Shown: positions 52,804 through 64,000 of the stretch, one piece after another
Numbering within the stretch: position 1 is the stretch's first letter
How the letters are laid out: each line of letters opens with the position of its first letter
Source: Tubiluchus corallicola
Lineage: Eukaryota > Animalia > Priapulida
Direction of reading: 5' to 3'
DNA length: 64,000 nucleotides
NCBI GenBank assembly: GCA_030141605.1
Contig: JAQGDQ010000206.1
Coordinates: forward strand, 124,001 to 188,000
Notes under the pieces: model-generated
What the model saw: only the letters and a program-made list of their open reading frames with translations
Told to the model about the DNA's origin: nothing
The model's database searches: none
Position numbers and translations under genes: made by a program

Positions 52804-55800
52804 CTGCAAAATAAAACAGTGATGAATTAATTAACTTGTATGAGGAACTAGCAGGAACAAGTACAAATAGTAAAGCAATAAAAATATTAATTTTCAAAGC
52901 TAAATTTAATTAATTTGGCTAACGGCACACGCACAGTAGCGAGTTATCTCTTGTGAGTTTTGTCTCTGACAGCAAACTCACACGTGTGAAATAAATTCCT
53001 GACTTTAGAAGTCGAATCGATCCGAACATTGCGGATTTAGAATCGGAATCGAATTCAAATTCAGTTTCAAAGATTTTTGAAAAAATTTTTGAATCATTAA
53101 TAAAAATCGATGTTACACTTGATTCTGCAGTAAAAATGCTAATAATTTGTTTAAAAATTGTGCACAGAAATCACAGCTAAATTGTGTTGATTGCTTGATG
53201 TTTCAAAGGTTTTAATGATAAAGAACGATAAATTCGATTCGAACATTCAGTGCTAGCCTCTAACCAACAGGGTTGCAAAAAACACCACCCTCCCCCTACA
53301 AGCATTGCTGTTACTCAAGAAGGATTAATTGTCTAAAACATTTACAAAGCAGACTGCACATCTGCCACAATGACAAGCAAGAAAACTTGTAAGCTGCATA
53401 ACTGCCATGTCAGCAAGCAAGAAAACTGGTAAGTTGCATAACTGCCACGACCACATGTAAGAAAACTGGAAAGCTGCATAATTGTAACGGTCACAAACAG
53501 GAAAACTGGTAAGCTGCATAACTGCCACAACCACATGTAAGAAAACTGGCAAGCTGCATAACTGCCATGACAGCAAGCAAGAAAACTGGTAAGCTACATA
53601 ACTGCCATGACCACAAGCAAGAAAACTGGCAAGCTGCATAACTGCCACTACAGCAAGCAAGAAAACTTGCAAGCTGCATAACTGCCACGACAGCAAGCAC
53701 GAAAACTCGTAAGCTACATAACTGCCAGACAGCAAGCAAGAAAACTGGTAAGCTGCATAACTACCATGACCACAAGCAAGAAAATTGGTAAGCTGCATAA
53801 CTGCCACGACAGCAAGCAAGAAAACTGGTAAGCTGCATAACTGCCACAATCACAAGCAAGAAAACTGGTAAGCTGCATAACTGCCACGAGCACAAGCAAG
53901 AAAACTGGTAAGCTGCATAAGTGCCATGACCACAAACAAGAAAACTGGTAAGCTGTATGACTGCCACGATCACAAATAAGAAAACTGGTAAGCTGCATAA
54001 CTGCCACGATCACAAACAAGAAAACTGGTAAGCTGCATTTATTCAAAAAAGGAATTTTATACAGGAAAAATTTTTAAGTTAAAATAAAACAGCTTGTCTA
54101 CTTGCATTAGCTGCCATACCCACCTGTCATAAGAATGATGATTCCAGTCGACATGTTATTGAGGGTCCCAACCTGCAAGGTACGCAAGTGTTTAATAAAG
54201 TTTATAGACTTTTCATTTTCGCCAGAATCAATAGACTAACACTTTGTACATAAATAAAGGTTAAACAAAGAGCGAAGTCTCTTGTGAAGTTGAGATTATA
54301 TTAATTTATAGAAAAATGTTAGAAAGTTTCAGCAATAAACATGCGATAAGAGCCTCGCGTAATTAGTTTAATCAATTTAAAGTCGTAGTTGTTTCACTCT
54401 TCGGCATTTTGAACGAAAATGATGTCAGCCAATTACAGTGTAATAGGAACTGCCCACTTATCCCACCAGGTGCTTGAGCAAAATTCTTCTGCAGCCACGG
54501 TTACTATTATCAATTACAAACAAACCCAAAACGTTAAATGAGAGACTATCAATACTATTTTTTTGCTCTTTGACGAATCCTGTTGCCTATTATTTAACGA
54601 AAAGCCAATTACTGACGATGATCTAATAACCTACAACACGACTAGTTAACAGAATGTAGCAATAAATGCTCTTACCGTCACGCCAATGCCAGCAGCAAGA
54701 AAAACAATGGCTATAATAAAAAACAATGCGGACTTCCTCCTAGCATACTGCGGTCCAACTGTAGATCTAAAATAAGAAATAATAAAATAGAAAATTAAAA
54801 AAAAATACATGAAGAGAAAAATCAGGAAATAAAGTCGTCTGACTAAATTACCAATCTATACGACTGTTAGTCCAAATTGTCAAGCGTAAAGTAAAAACAT
54901 ATCTCTAAAACTGACATGTGCGATAAAACAAAACAAAAAAAACAATGCAACAAAACAAAAATAACCAGTTGGGAGATCGACAATGACAATAAAAAACATA
55001 TATTCGGTAAAACTAAATCAAACAGTAGACACGATAAAATAACACGTGTCATGTTATAATTCAACATCTTTAGCATTTTTATGAAGAAGTTGCTAAAGGT
55101 AAGTGCTAAGACACTGAAAAATAAAGTAGAATACAGGTGAGTTTCGTTTTATATCTCATAAACTTTATTTTATGAATCAGTAGTGATACCATACATTATT
55201 CTCTCTGTCATAATTACACTAATGTAATTAAAATGTATATAGATATTGTAAAAGAACTAACCCAAAATGATTTTGTCGTAAATTGATTATACAGGCATAC
55301 TGTTTATATACGAATGACATTAATGTAAGATTATTTATGTATGTAGAAGCTATAACATATATTATTTGTACATACAGTAAAACATGTATAAACATTGTAC
55401 GCAAATATTAGATATGTAATTAGAATTAATAAATCGTAATGCAGTTGTGTTAGCTTGTTTAGTAAGAAATTGGTAACTGTGAAGAATTTAATGTAAACAT
55501 TTATTTAACATTTTTGTACTTATGTGCCCTGCAAATAGACGGCTTATTGTATCATTTTCAATAAAGATTTTTAATAATTAATAATAATCTCTCTCTCAAG
55601 TCACATGTTTGCAATGTGATCAGTAAAAACCAACTGCCCAGGTAAAATTTTCCATGAAGTAAAAGGAAGCCAGCAATTCAGTGAAGGTAAATGTTATGCA
55701 TACTAGTTCAAGGATGAAAGTTTAGACTGTATAGAGAAATAAACTTGTTTTATAGCTGAAATTTCTTGTGTGGAATTTTAATTTAATATTCTAACAAGAG

Positions 55801-58800
55801 AATCAGGGATGAGAATGACAAATTGCAAAAAACTCTGAAACAGGCCGGGAGTTTGGGGGCCGTGCAGGCAGCAACAAATTGCAATTTTATGACCATAGAG
55901 AGCCCCTAAGAGGACTTAAAATATCAGTTACCTTGTTTCATGCATAATTTAAAATACTCAACTATCAAGGATAACCGACACCTAATTGTCTCAAAAACGC
56001 CTAAGTACTGGCCGCTCCTATGCAAAAGTATATAAAAACTGTCTGCAATTGATTCAAATAACTCCGCACAATTGATTCTATATTTTTATACATAGAGATA
56101 TACGCGTGGTTACACTGATGTACTTGATGTAAACAAAGTGACGGCCTGCCAACTAGCGGTCAGCTTGTGAAATAATGTACTGGGTCCGTAAAAATTTTCT
56201 CAACGAATTCACGCGATTTACAATAATGGCACTACTGGTCTTCCAAAAACTCGGAATTCCGCGTATCCGCGGAAAATTCTCATCCCTGGAGAATGTAATA
56301 ATATGACTATTGATAATAATTACAAAACTAATAATTAATAAAAATAAAATTAACAAATCGTAAGATTCACGACATTTTTTCACAAAGTTAATATACGTGC
56401 GAAAATGAAAGTAGCTTTTCGATGCTTGATCATGACCTGCTGCAATGCATCATAATGCCAATAATGTGGAAATATACTTAAAAATTTGTTAGAATTCTGC
56501 CAACGATAGTTCGCTAGTCAGAAAACGCCGTATCGAACAACGCAGAATAAAAATTCTCAAACTTTGTGAGAGCAACATTTTCTGCCAAATTCAGGATTTC
56601 TATTCAGTAAACAAATAAATAAATAAAATAAAAAATAAAGTGCTAAAAAATTATAAAGCATGTGAACTTACACTTTGCGACAATGTGGGCACCTTGCCAG
56701 AGCATTGGTCGTTGTCCTAAACTGTAAACAAAAACAAACAAACACTGGTTACATGATATAACCTTACATCAAATTTTTTTGTAAACAAACAATAAAAATC
56801 AAACTTTATTAAACACTTTATTAGTTTTAACATTGCACATATTTGTAATAAATATAATGTTACTGTTGATGACTTTATTAAGAAATACGACGACACTAAT
56901 ACTGTTATTTTAAGCAAGCCAGTGCTAAATGAAAACGATAATCTAATTAAACAATTTATGAGACATTTCCTTTCCACACAATAACGATTCGAATAATATA
57001 CGTAGGCACACAGTTTCGAAACAACTTTTTATTTTATTATTGTATCATAAATATCTGTTATAAATCGTCGATTTATGACTAATTTGTGACTAATACGTAA
57101 TCGTTTATTTAGCTTTTTATCTCTTGATGTACTAATCTCTTTTATGTAGTGATCGCAATGATGTACATATCAGGGGCGGAATTAGGGGGGGGGGGCGCCC
57201 CCTTGTCAAAATTTGCGCCCCCCCCTGCAAAATCGGACAAATAATTTTTTTGCAGTGAAAATTGCAGTTCGCATGTAATCATTTTCAATATGAATTAGAA
57301 TTAGGTAAAAAAAATGTTTGGTAGCTTCAGTGTATTATTTTCTTAAAACTTGTGTGTGATAAATTTCTGTAAATAACAATTTAGTTAGAGGCACATTAAT
57401 AACGTTAGGTTAACTGAGAGTTAATTTTCTCATTATTGCTTTGTCCGCTACGCCGTCCTACACACATGCTAATTATCGGCCTGCATGCAGTATAAAAGGG
57501 GTTAAAATTGGCTTAACCATTATTTAACCACTTCGGATACCTTGCCCCCCCCCCCCAGAAAATTTTTGCGCCCCCCCTGCTTGCCACATCTAGTTCCGGC
57601 ACTGGTACATATCATGTTGATCGAATATGTTTGATAATACAGTTGAATCTGATTATACCACCCACCGTTATAATGCTAACCTCGCCTACCGCCATCCGCC
57701 AGCGTATCTGCTGTGCCAAAAGTCTATTTTACATGATAAATTTACCTCGTATAATGTCATCCAAGATAAATTACGGTGAACTGTTGCTGAAAAACAGCCA
57801 TTGTGTTACAAAAACAATGACCTCTGGACAGAAAAACAATTATGATGTTTAAATTAAGGTTTAGGCCTTTTTACAGTACCGAAAGTGAATGCTGAGGTTT
57901 TGAGCAAGGAACATGCATTTAAAGAGTGCAAGAATTGCATAACTAAGGTTCAGTACCGAACTGATGTGAATTTAACAGCTTTAAAAACTCAAGGTCAAGT
58001 TATATGCTACGGCTATCTATAGTCTTTATTTTATTTTATTTTATTTTATTTTGTCAGATTTCACAGGCGTCGGATCTGTTCACCTGTGTGTTGCCTTTTG
58101 ACTCGAGTCAAACTTGCCAAATTCCAAATTCTTCCGTAAAGATACGGCATCCGTCAATTCCGTGGGAACTGGATTTCTCCAGACCCAACAAAACTCGCCT
58201 TTTCGATACCGTAAAGGTACGGTATCTACCGGCTACTCATAGAGTAGTCGGATTTCCCCTAGGTATAAACCTTTCACACGTTTGGATGTAAGAACTCGAG
58301 TGGTAACATCCTGCGCAGGAGATGACCTAGGTCTCCCTCCTTTGCCTTCCCAGGAACTTTCTAAACACCATACATGAGCCTCTAATCGCCGAGCGGACTA
58401 GTTTGGCTCTGACGTTCAGAAGACCGAGTGTCTTCAGGAGAACGTCGTTCTCTCCTCCTGCCCATTCCCCACGAAAGCCCACACAGATGCCGTGCGACGA
58501 GGCAGTGGCAGAGCCGCACCGCTGTTTGACGGCATCGAGGATCGGTTCGTACTTCAGGGCTTTGTCCCTGCACCTGGCCCTAAGCGAGTAGATGTTTCCT
58601 GCTGCCGAGATGGTCGGATCGATAACGTACGTATGACCACCTTTGATCGCCAGGATGTCGGGGTGGTACCTTGTTCTGTTGATCTCGAACCAAGGTTTCC
58701 TGACGACCGTAAAGGCCCTCCCCCTTCAAGGCTTCGGCGAGCACCTCGCACAGTGCATTGTGCCGTCGTGATATGGCATTGTTTACTGTTATGCACTGTT

Positions 58801-61592
58801 GAAGTACGTGAACCTGACTCTCTGCATGTCTCCCGCACCTGCGACATCTCCTGATTGCATTGGGTTGTCCTCTCGTGGTGTTAACTCTAACTGGTAGAGA
58901 GTTGGTGATCATCTTGAGAACCAAGATATAATCACGCCCGCTCAGGAGTGTGCTGCTACGTAGGTAATGGGTACTCAGTGGGTCAGCAGACACGGCTGCA
59001 AAACCCTTCCCATGCACTTTATCGTTGAATGTCGATAGATGTTTGCGATCGTTATCCCTTTTTGCACGATTTATGTCTTTTGCGTTACTGTAGGCTTCGA
59101 GGCTCGCTACCCTCTTAGCCCACACAAGCTCCCTATTCCACACTGGAGCAGATGCACTCATGTTCACCAGCGGATCTGGTGAGGCCTGCAATCGGCTGAG
59201 CATCTTGACTTTCATCAAAGGAACATCCTTTTCAAGACAAGAAAATCCCAGCCCTCCCTTCTTCATTGGCATGTAGAAGAATGCATTCGGGACATCCGTC
59301 GCCATATGAAGTATACGTTTTAGGCTTGATCTTATAAGCCTGTCTGCTCCCTTGAGGCCATTCATATGAACCTCACATATACGGAAGTGGTATGTCAGAC
59401 GCGGAATCACATATTGTCTGATCATATCCACCTTTTGTTGAGGTTTGAGTGGTGCCCCTTCCACTCTTATAAGCCATGCTTTAAGGGACTTGGTGTCCAT
59501 GGTGGGTCGTCCCTTAGCAGTCATAGGAATTCCTAGGTATTTGTATGCATCACTGACTCCCAGCATTGGAATAGGAGTCTGGCTGATCTCCCATTAATGT
59601 TCAGTAATGTTACATTGGGAGCATTGAGTGGGTGGGTCGCATGGCTACATATTTCTCTTATCAGCAGTAGGCTAATCGCTTATATTAATATTCTTGGTAT
59701 ATTTATATATATATATATAAGATTCGAGGCTACAGCTTTGACGAGGGCACCATTTGCGGCGATCTATATATCAAACGAAAGGTCTTGATCTAGTGTCGTG
59801 CCATTGATGGTTTATTTTTCGAATTGGGCCCACCGCGAGGAAGGGGAGGGGGGCAAAAATTAATCAGTATTTCACAAAATTGATTTTCCAGGTTGTGTTA
59901 AGTAAACGTTTTACAATGTACCACCATAGAACTACACCTGCATTGTTAATACAGCAACAATATACAGTATAAAACACAGGTATTCTTGTAGGCATAATAA
60001 TATTATATTATTTATCACATGTTAAAATTAACTAGGAAACAAAATAGAGGCTACACATCAGAATGGCTTTTTGATAATTAATGAACCTCGTCTTACCGCC
60101 AACCCAGTTCTAGCCGCATACTTAGTAGCGTCCCAGACCTGGTGTGGTAACGAGGTTTGACTGTAATAGGAGCATTAAATTATGAGTTTTTACACATTTT
60201 ATAATTGTAACAATTAAAAAGGCCTAAATCGGAAACACCACAGCACAACGGTTCTACGAATGTGAACAAACCTTTACGTACCAAAAATGTTTGTAAGCAA
60301 TGAGCACAAACAACTCGACACTGACCAGTACTGACCGGACTCGTGACAGGAGTGGGAACTGGCACTGGCCCGAGATTGATGATTCGTTTGCTGTAAAACA
60401 GATGAAAGTCGGTATAATTTTTTTAACATAAGATGTAGGTGCTGCCATCTGTCTGTGTCGATAGAAAAACTAAACATCAGCGAACCTGCGCAAGAGCATT
60501 TCAAAGCTTATTTAGCGCAATGCACCTGACTGAGATGGATGCCACATTTGATGTAAAACAGATAAACTCATCACATAACATATGTCTACAAGTGCTGCAC
60601 TCTATGTTGAAACTTATAATATTTTAATTAATTCAAATTATATTTACAGAAAAACAAGTAACTGCGTTAAAATGAAATCGTTATGTAAATTATAGTGTAA
60701 AATATGTATAAATTTTAAATTTGTTCTTAATACGTGTTGTGAAACTTAAAATTGTGGTTTTGATGTATATATGTAAAAGTTATGTAAAAGTTAGCAAACT
60801 GAAACACTACTAGTAGAGTATGCATGTACAAAATTGGCATTATGTATAATATTGTTATCGTAAATAGCTATATTTTGTAAACGAATCCCTGCAAATAGAG
60901 GGGAAACAATGTATTTATTGTTTAATAAAAAGACTTTATAATAATAATAATAATATGTTAACACCACCACTTGACAAAACTAATGGTAAACAAGCCTTAA
61001 AATAATAATACGAGCAAGGATACTTCAAAGCTTGATTAGCTAGCATCAACAATCTGTAATCATTTACTAATTTAATGAAAATTTATCATTGCCGTATTAA
61101 TAGCATTAATGTACAACAGCACAGTCTCCTTTAAGAAAAATAATTAAATTGTAGTTAATCAAATATTAAATAATAATTAATAATTACGATAACAGTCAAA
61201 AGTAAAAAACGTCAGTAATGAAGATCTCAAAATCAATATGGTGTATGAAACCACCTAGCCAACTATCCATTCACAAACCAGTCTCCCATTGCTTAACTTT
61301 GGTTAATAAGCACACATCATGACTACTGGGCTATTAACTTCTGACGTACATTCGCGCCACACCGACCTTCGCTAGACTCACATTAATGCAAAGGAAAAGT
61401 AATACATTAAGATTCTCAATGACTGAATTTAAAATTCAAATAAATTATAGCAATCAATTTCAAATTTGAAAGAACAGGTTCATACCATGAAGGTCTTGGG
61501 CACGCGATGCGCTGAGATGTAGTCTTGCAGATGAGGAGGCAATTGCAAGGACACCTCACGTACTTCTTCCCCGGGGGAGCATTCCGAATTGG
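52718..61592 (-). CDS. TMEM55: TMEM55/PIP4P-family PtdIns(4,5)P2 4-phosphatase, 5'-partial: complement(join(52718..52803,54124..54172,54676..54766,56672..56721,60282..60390,61486..61592))
   Basis: [42 protein letters not shown] (CX5R motif), [24 protein letters not shown], two C-terminal TM segments ending [10 protein letters not shown]. Six phase-compatible GT-AG exons; upstream exons lie beyond the window. Confidence 0.93.
53360..54038. repeat. 40-bp minisatellite (~17 units) in the last TMEM55 intron
   Basis: Unit caagcaagaaaactggtaagctgcataactgccacga(c/t)ca. Confidence 0.95.
54124..54172 (-). CDS. TMEM55: TMEM55 exon ([16 protein letters not shown])
   Basis: cttgcag|...G|gtgggt; phase 0 to 1. 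Confidence 0.8.
54676..54766 (-). CDS. TMEM55: TMEM55 exon ([30 protein letters not shown])
   Basis: ttttag|...ACG|gtaag; encodes TM1. Confidence 0.92.
55804..56288. mobile_element. TIR MITE (hAT-like ends)
   Basis: Perfect 13-bp TIR CAGGGATGAGAAT / ATTCTCATCCCTG flanked by direct repeat gagaat. Confidence 0.8.
56672..56721 (-). CDS. TMEM55: TMEM55 exon ([16 protein letters not shown])
   Basis: tttacag|...GT|gtaagt. Confidence 0.93.
57171..57604. mobile_element. hAT-type MITE
   Basis: CAGGGGCGGAA(T)TAG / CTAGTTCCGGCACTG ends, 8-bp TSD gtacatat, GCCCCCC subterminal motifs. Confidence 0.88.
58025..59593 (-). mobile_element. 5'-truncated R2-like (RLE-type) non-LTR retrotransposon in a TMEM55 intron
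   Basis: RT end/thumb ([17 protein letters not shown]), CCHC knuckle [18 protein letters not shown] and RHN. After a 1-nt frameshift near 58714 comes a PD..D..K..KY endonuclease ([19 protein letters not shown]...DKALKY) ending TAG at 58327. Then a ~275-nt 3' UTR and an (AATAA)n tail. Confidence 0.92.
60282..60390 (-). CDS. TMEM55: TMEM55 exon (KRIINLGP...[13 protein letters not shown])
   Basis: ttttacag|...TTG|gtacgt. Confidence 0.93.
61486..61592 (-). CDS. TMEM55: TMEM55 exon ([35 protein letters not shown])
   Basis: ttttctag|...TG|gtatg. Confidence 0.95.
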
Positions 61593-62788
61593 CTAGAAAA
61601 ATGAAAGATAGACAGTTATCCTCTCATCATGAAAATGCCTAAAATGACAATTCAATTTTGCTACTCATTAATCATAGTGACAGAATGAAAACTGAATTTA
61701 TGTATGCACGCGCGACAATCACCACAGAGTGGGTAGCAAAGCAAAGTAAACGATGAGGACTTTCGGATTTTGATTACTGGTTTCTGACTAACTTTCTAAA
61801 TAGATGCGCAGTCAGGTAAGCAACACAAGAAATGGTCATCTCTCCAGTTACTACCTTAGAATTAAGAAAAACACAAATACATCTAGTTTTAACCCAGAAA
61901 ACTATGTAAAGTGCATAGCAAACTAGTAGTATAAAAGTAGTAGTATAAAAAATATACATACTACTAGTATATATATATATATATATTATATATATACTAC
62001 TAAACTAGTAGTATAAAAGAGTATATACTAGTAGTATAAAAAAGTACAACTAGTACAAACTAGTATAAAAGATTGGATTGTAAAAATTTCCAGTGGAAGA
62101 CAGATTCACCACTTCAAGAACGAAAAAAGTATGATTATTGCAGTAGGTCTGGCACTGTACAAACAGGATAGCATTTAAAGAAGCAGTAAAAAATGGAAAT
62201 GCAGATTTTTGATAAGGAGCAGTAGATATTAAGAAATGACAGACCAGATAAGGTAAAAAGTTTATGTAAGTGTGTGTTTTAATCATTTTAATCTCATTTT
62301 TCTAATGATACAATTTGTTTTTCAAATTCTTATCGCTTTTTTACAAGAAGTGAGTCAAGAAACTCAGTCTCACTGGGATACAATTCCAGTGATTGAACAC
62401 CTTTAATAATGGTGTGTATAAGAGCTGTGAGCAGTGGCAATATGGGATATCTTTATTTAAAATTATATGCTTTTTTATGGTTGTGTCAGATTTGTGACTT
62501 TTGTCTATTCTTTTCAGTTTTTTCCATATAAGGGAGGGGCACTTTTTTCTCGACATCTTATACGCTAAGGTTGTAACGATACACCTAGGTCATGATATGA
62601 TACATATCATGATACAAACCTCACAATACGATGCGTATCACAATACACCTGGGTTAACGTTTGCAGTTTTATGCAAAAAATAAATTACGCAGTTGATAAA
62701 TGCTATTAAGCATATTTTATCAATCAACTGTTTTAGCATGATTGCTGCAAGCTAAAATGACTCGACAACCTATTTGTTTTTTCTCTAT

Positions 62789-63223
62789 TAGTGTTCCCTC
62801 GCTGGTTCGCGGTTCGTTTATCACAGACTCGCTAATTCCGCGGGTTTTCAACAATGTTAAGGCAAAATATTTATCGCAGTATTTTCGCTGTTTTGCGGGT
62901 TTTTGCGGTACTCTGTCTAAAGTATTTTTGCACCTGCGTAGTACGTATTGTACAGTAAATGTGAAGTGAATGAAGACGTGAAAGATCTGCTTGACATAAA
63001 ACATTTAAGTAAAGTTTTTTAAAAGGCACATGTACAGTATGAGAAAAATTATTAAAGGAAGGGGAAAGGGTTATGTATAATTATAAGAGTGTGGGGAGGG
63101 TTTACAAAGACTTAAAATAATGTATAACTACTAAAATAAGTATAGCGTCCCCCTACTTCGCGGAAATTCACTTATCGCGGGTGGGCCTGGAACGGAACAC
63201 CCGCGATAAGTGAGGGAACACTG
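62789..63223. mobile_element. Tigger/pogo-like MITE
   Basis: AGTGTTCCCTC ... GAGGGAACACTG|TA inverted ends. Confidence 0.7.
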
Positions 63224-63249
63224 TACTTCTATAGCCTAGTGTCAAGGCT

Positions 63250-63540
63250 AGTGTTTGCATTGTAAGCTACCAGAAAAGCAAAACACATCAATATTCCATG
63301 TTTAAAAGTCGCTTGTGCATTTTCTAGTGCACTTTTGCCATTTTATAAATTCTTATGTAAACAATGTAATTATCCTACTACAGAATAAAGATTGTGTAGG
63401 CTATTGTTTGCATTGTAAGTTACCAGAAAAGCAAAACACATCAATATTTTACGTTTAAAAGTTGCTTGTACATTTTCTGGTTCACTTTTTTGCCATTTGA
63501 CAAGTTTATATGTAAACAACGCAGTTATCCTACTACAGAT
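63250..63540. repeat. ~150-bp diverged direct duplication
   Basis: tgtttgcattgtaag(c/t)taccagaaaagcaaaacacatcaatatt at ~63252 and ~63405. Confidence 0.85.
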
Positions 63541-64000
63541 TAAACACCTTGCGATTTCAACTGCTTTGACTGCTAGCAGTACCTGTGTCAAGTCAACAAC
63601 TGCTTACTGCGCAAATTGTTACGTATCTACAGTACACTCTACGGCTGCAGTTTGAATCATTTCATATCGTTTTTATCACCATACTGTCAAGCGCGTGCTA
63701 ATTTGCCAAATGCAATTGACTTAGATTATAACAACATAACATAACATAATCTTTTATTTATCTTGCAATACACAAACAGTTATAATACAAATAATTTGAA
63801 AAAGAATTTGTGTAGAAAGGGCAGCGAAAGACCAGCTGGTCATCTAGTCAGCTGCCCTTTGGTTAGTGAAGAACATTTTTAAAAGCGCTGTGCTACAGTG
63901 TATTAGTGTCAGTACTGCCTGTAGTTAGGATTTTTAAATTCTTACAAATGACATTAAATTGATTTATTTATAACGTGTTAATACAATCCATACGCAGTAA

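Noticed and set aside
53325-54046. Hydrophobic Cys-rich repetitive ORFs
   Set aside because: Translations of the 40-bp minisatellite; the unit length is not a multiple of 3.

Overview
AT-rich, repeat-dense animal genomic DNA. It is probably a non-arthropod invertebrate (CCCTAA-type repeats, GT-AG introns); the taxon cannot be fixed from sequence alone. Three spliced protein-coding genes were reconstructed by hand: (1) a complete stearoyl-CoA/delta-9-type acyl-CoA desaturase (SCD; + strand, 4 coding exons, 10238-23726, 346 aa); (2) a cytochrome b5, the family that supplies electrons to SCD, lying tail-to-tail with it (- strand, 46912 to 30510, ~128 aa, several micro-exons, uncertain 3' end); (3) the 3' six exons of a TMEM55/PIP4P phosphatidylinositol-4,5-bisphosphate 4-phosphatase (- strand, 61592 to 52718, 5' end outside the window). 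The rest is a decayed second-SCD exon fragment, a 5'-truncated R2-like RLE retrotransposon outside rDNA, LINE 3' fragments, a solo LTR, hAT/pogo/Harbinger-type MITEs with TSDs, and many mini- and microsatellites. Most notable: the desaturase-cytochrome b5 gene pair; a 36-bp minisatellite that is a ~24-fold tandem amplification of a cytochrome b5 5' splice site; phase-compatible alternative 3' exons for the b5; substitutions at the SCD tunnel-capping residues; and inverted repeats bracketing SCD exon 3. All calls come from manual reading, with no database searches.
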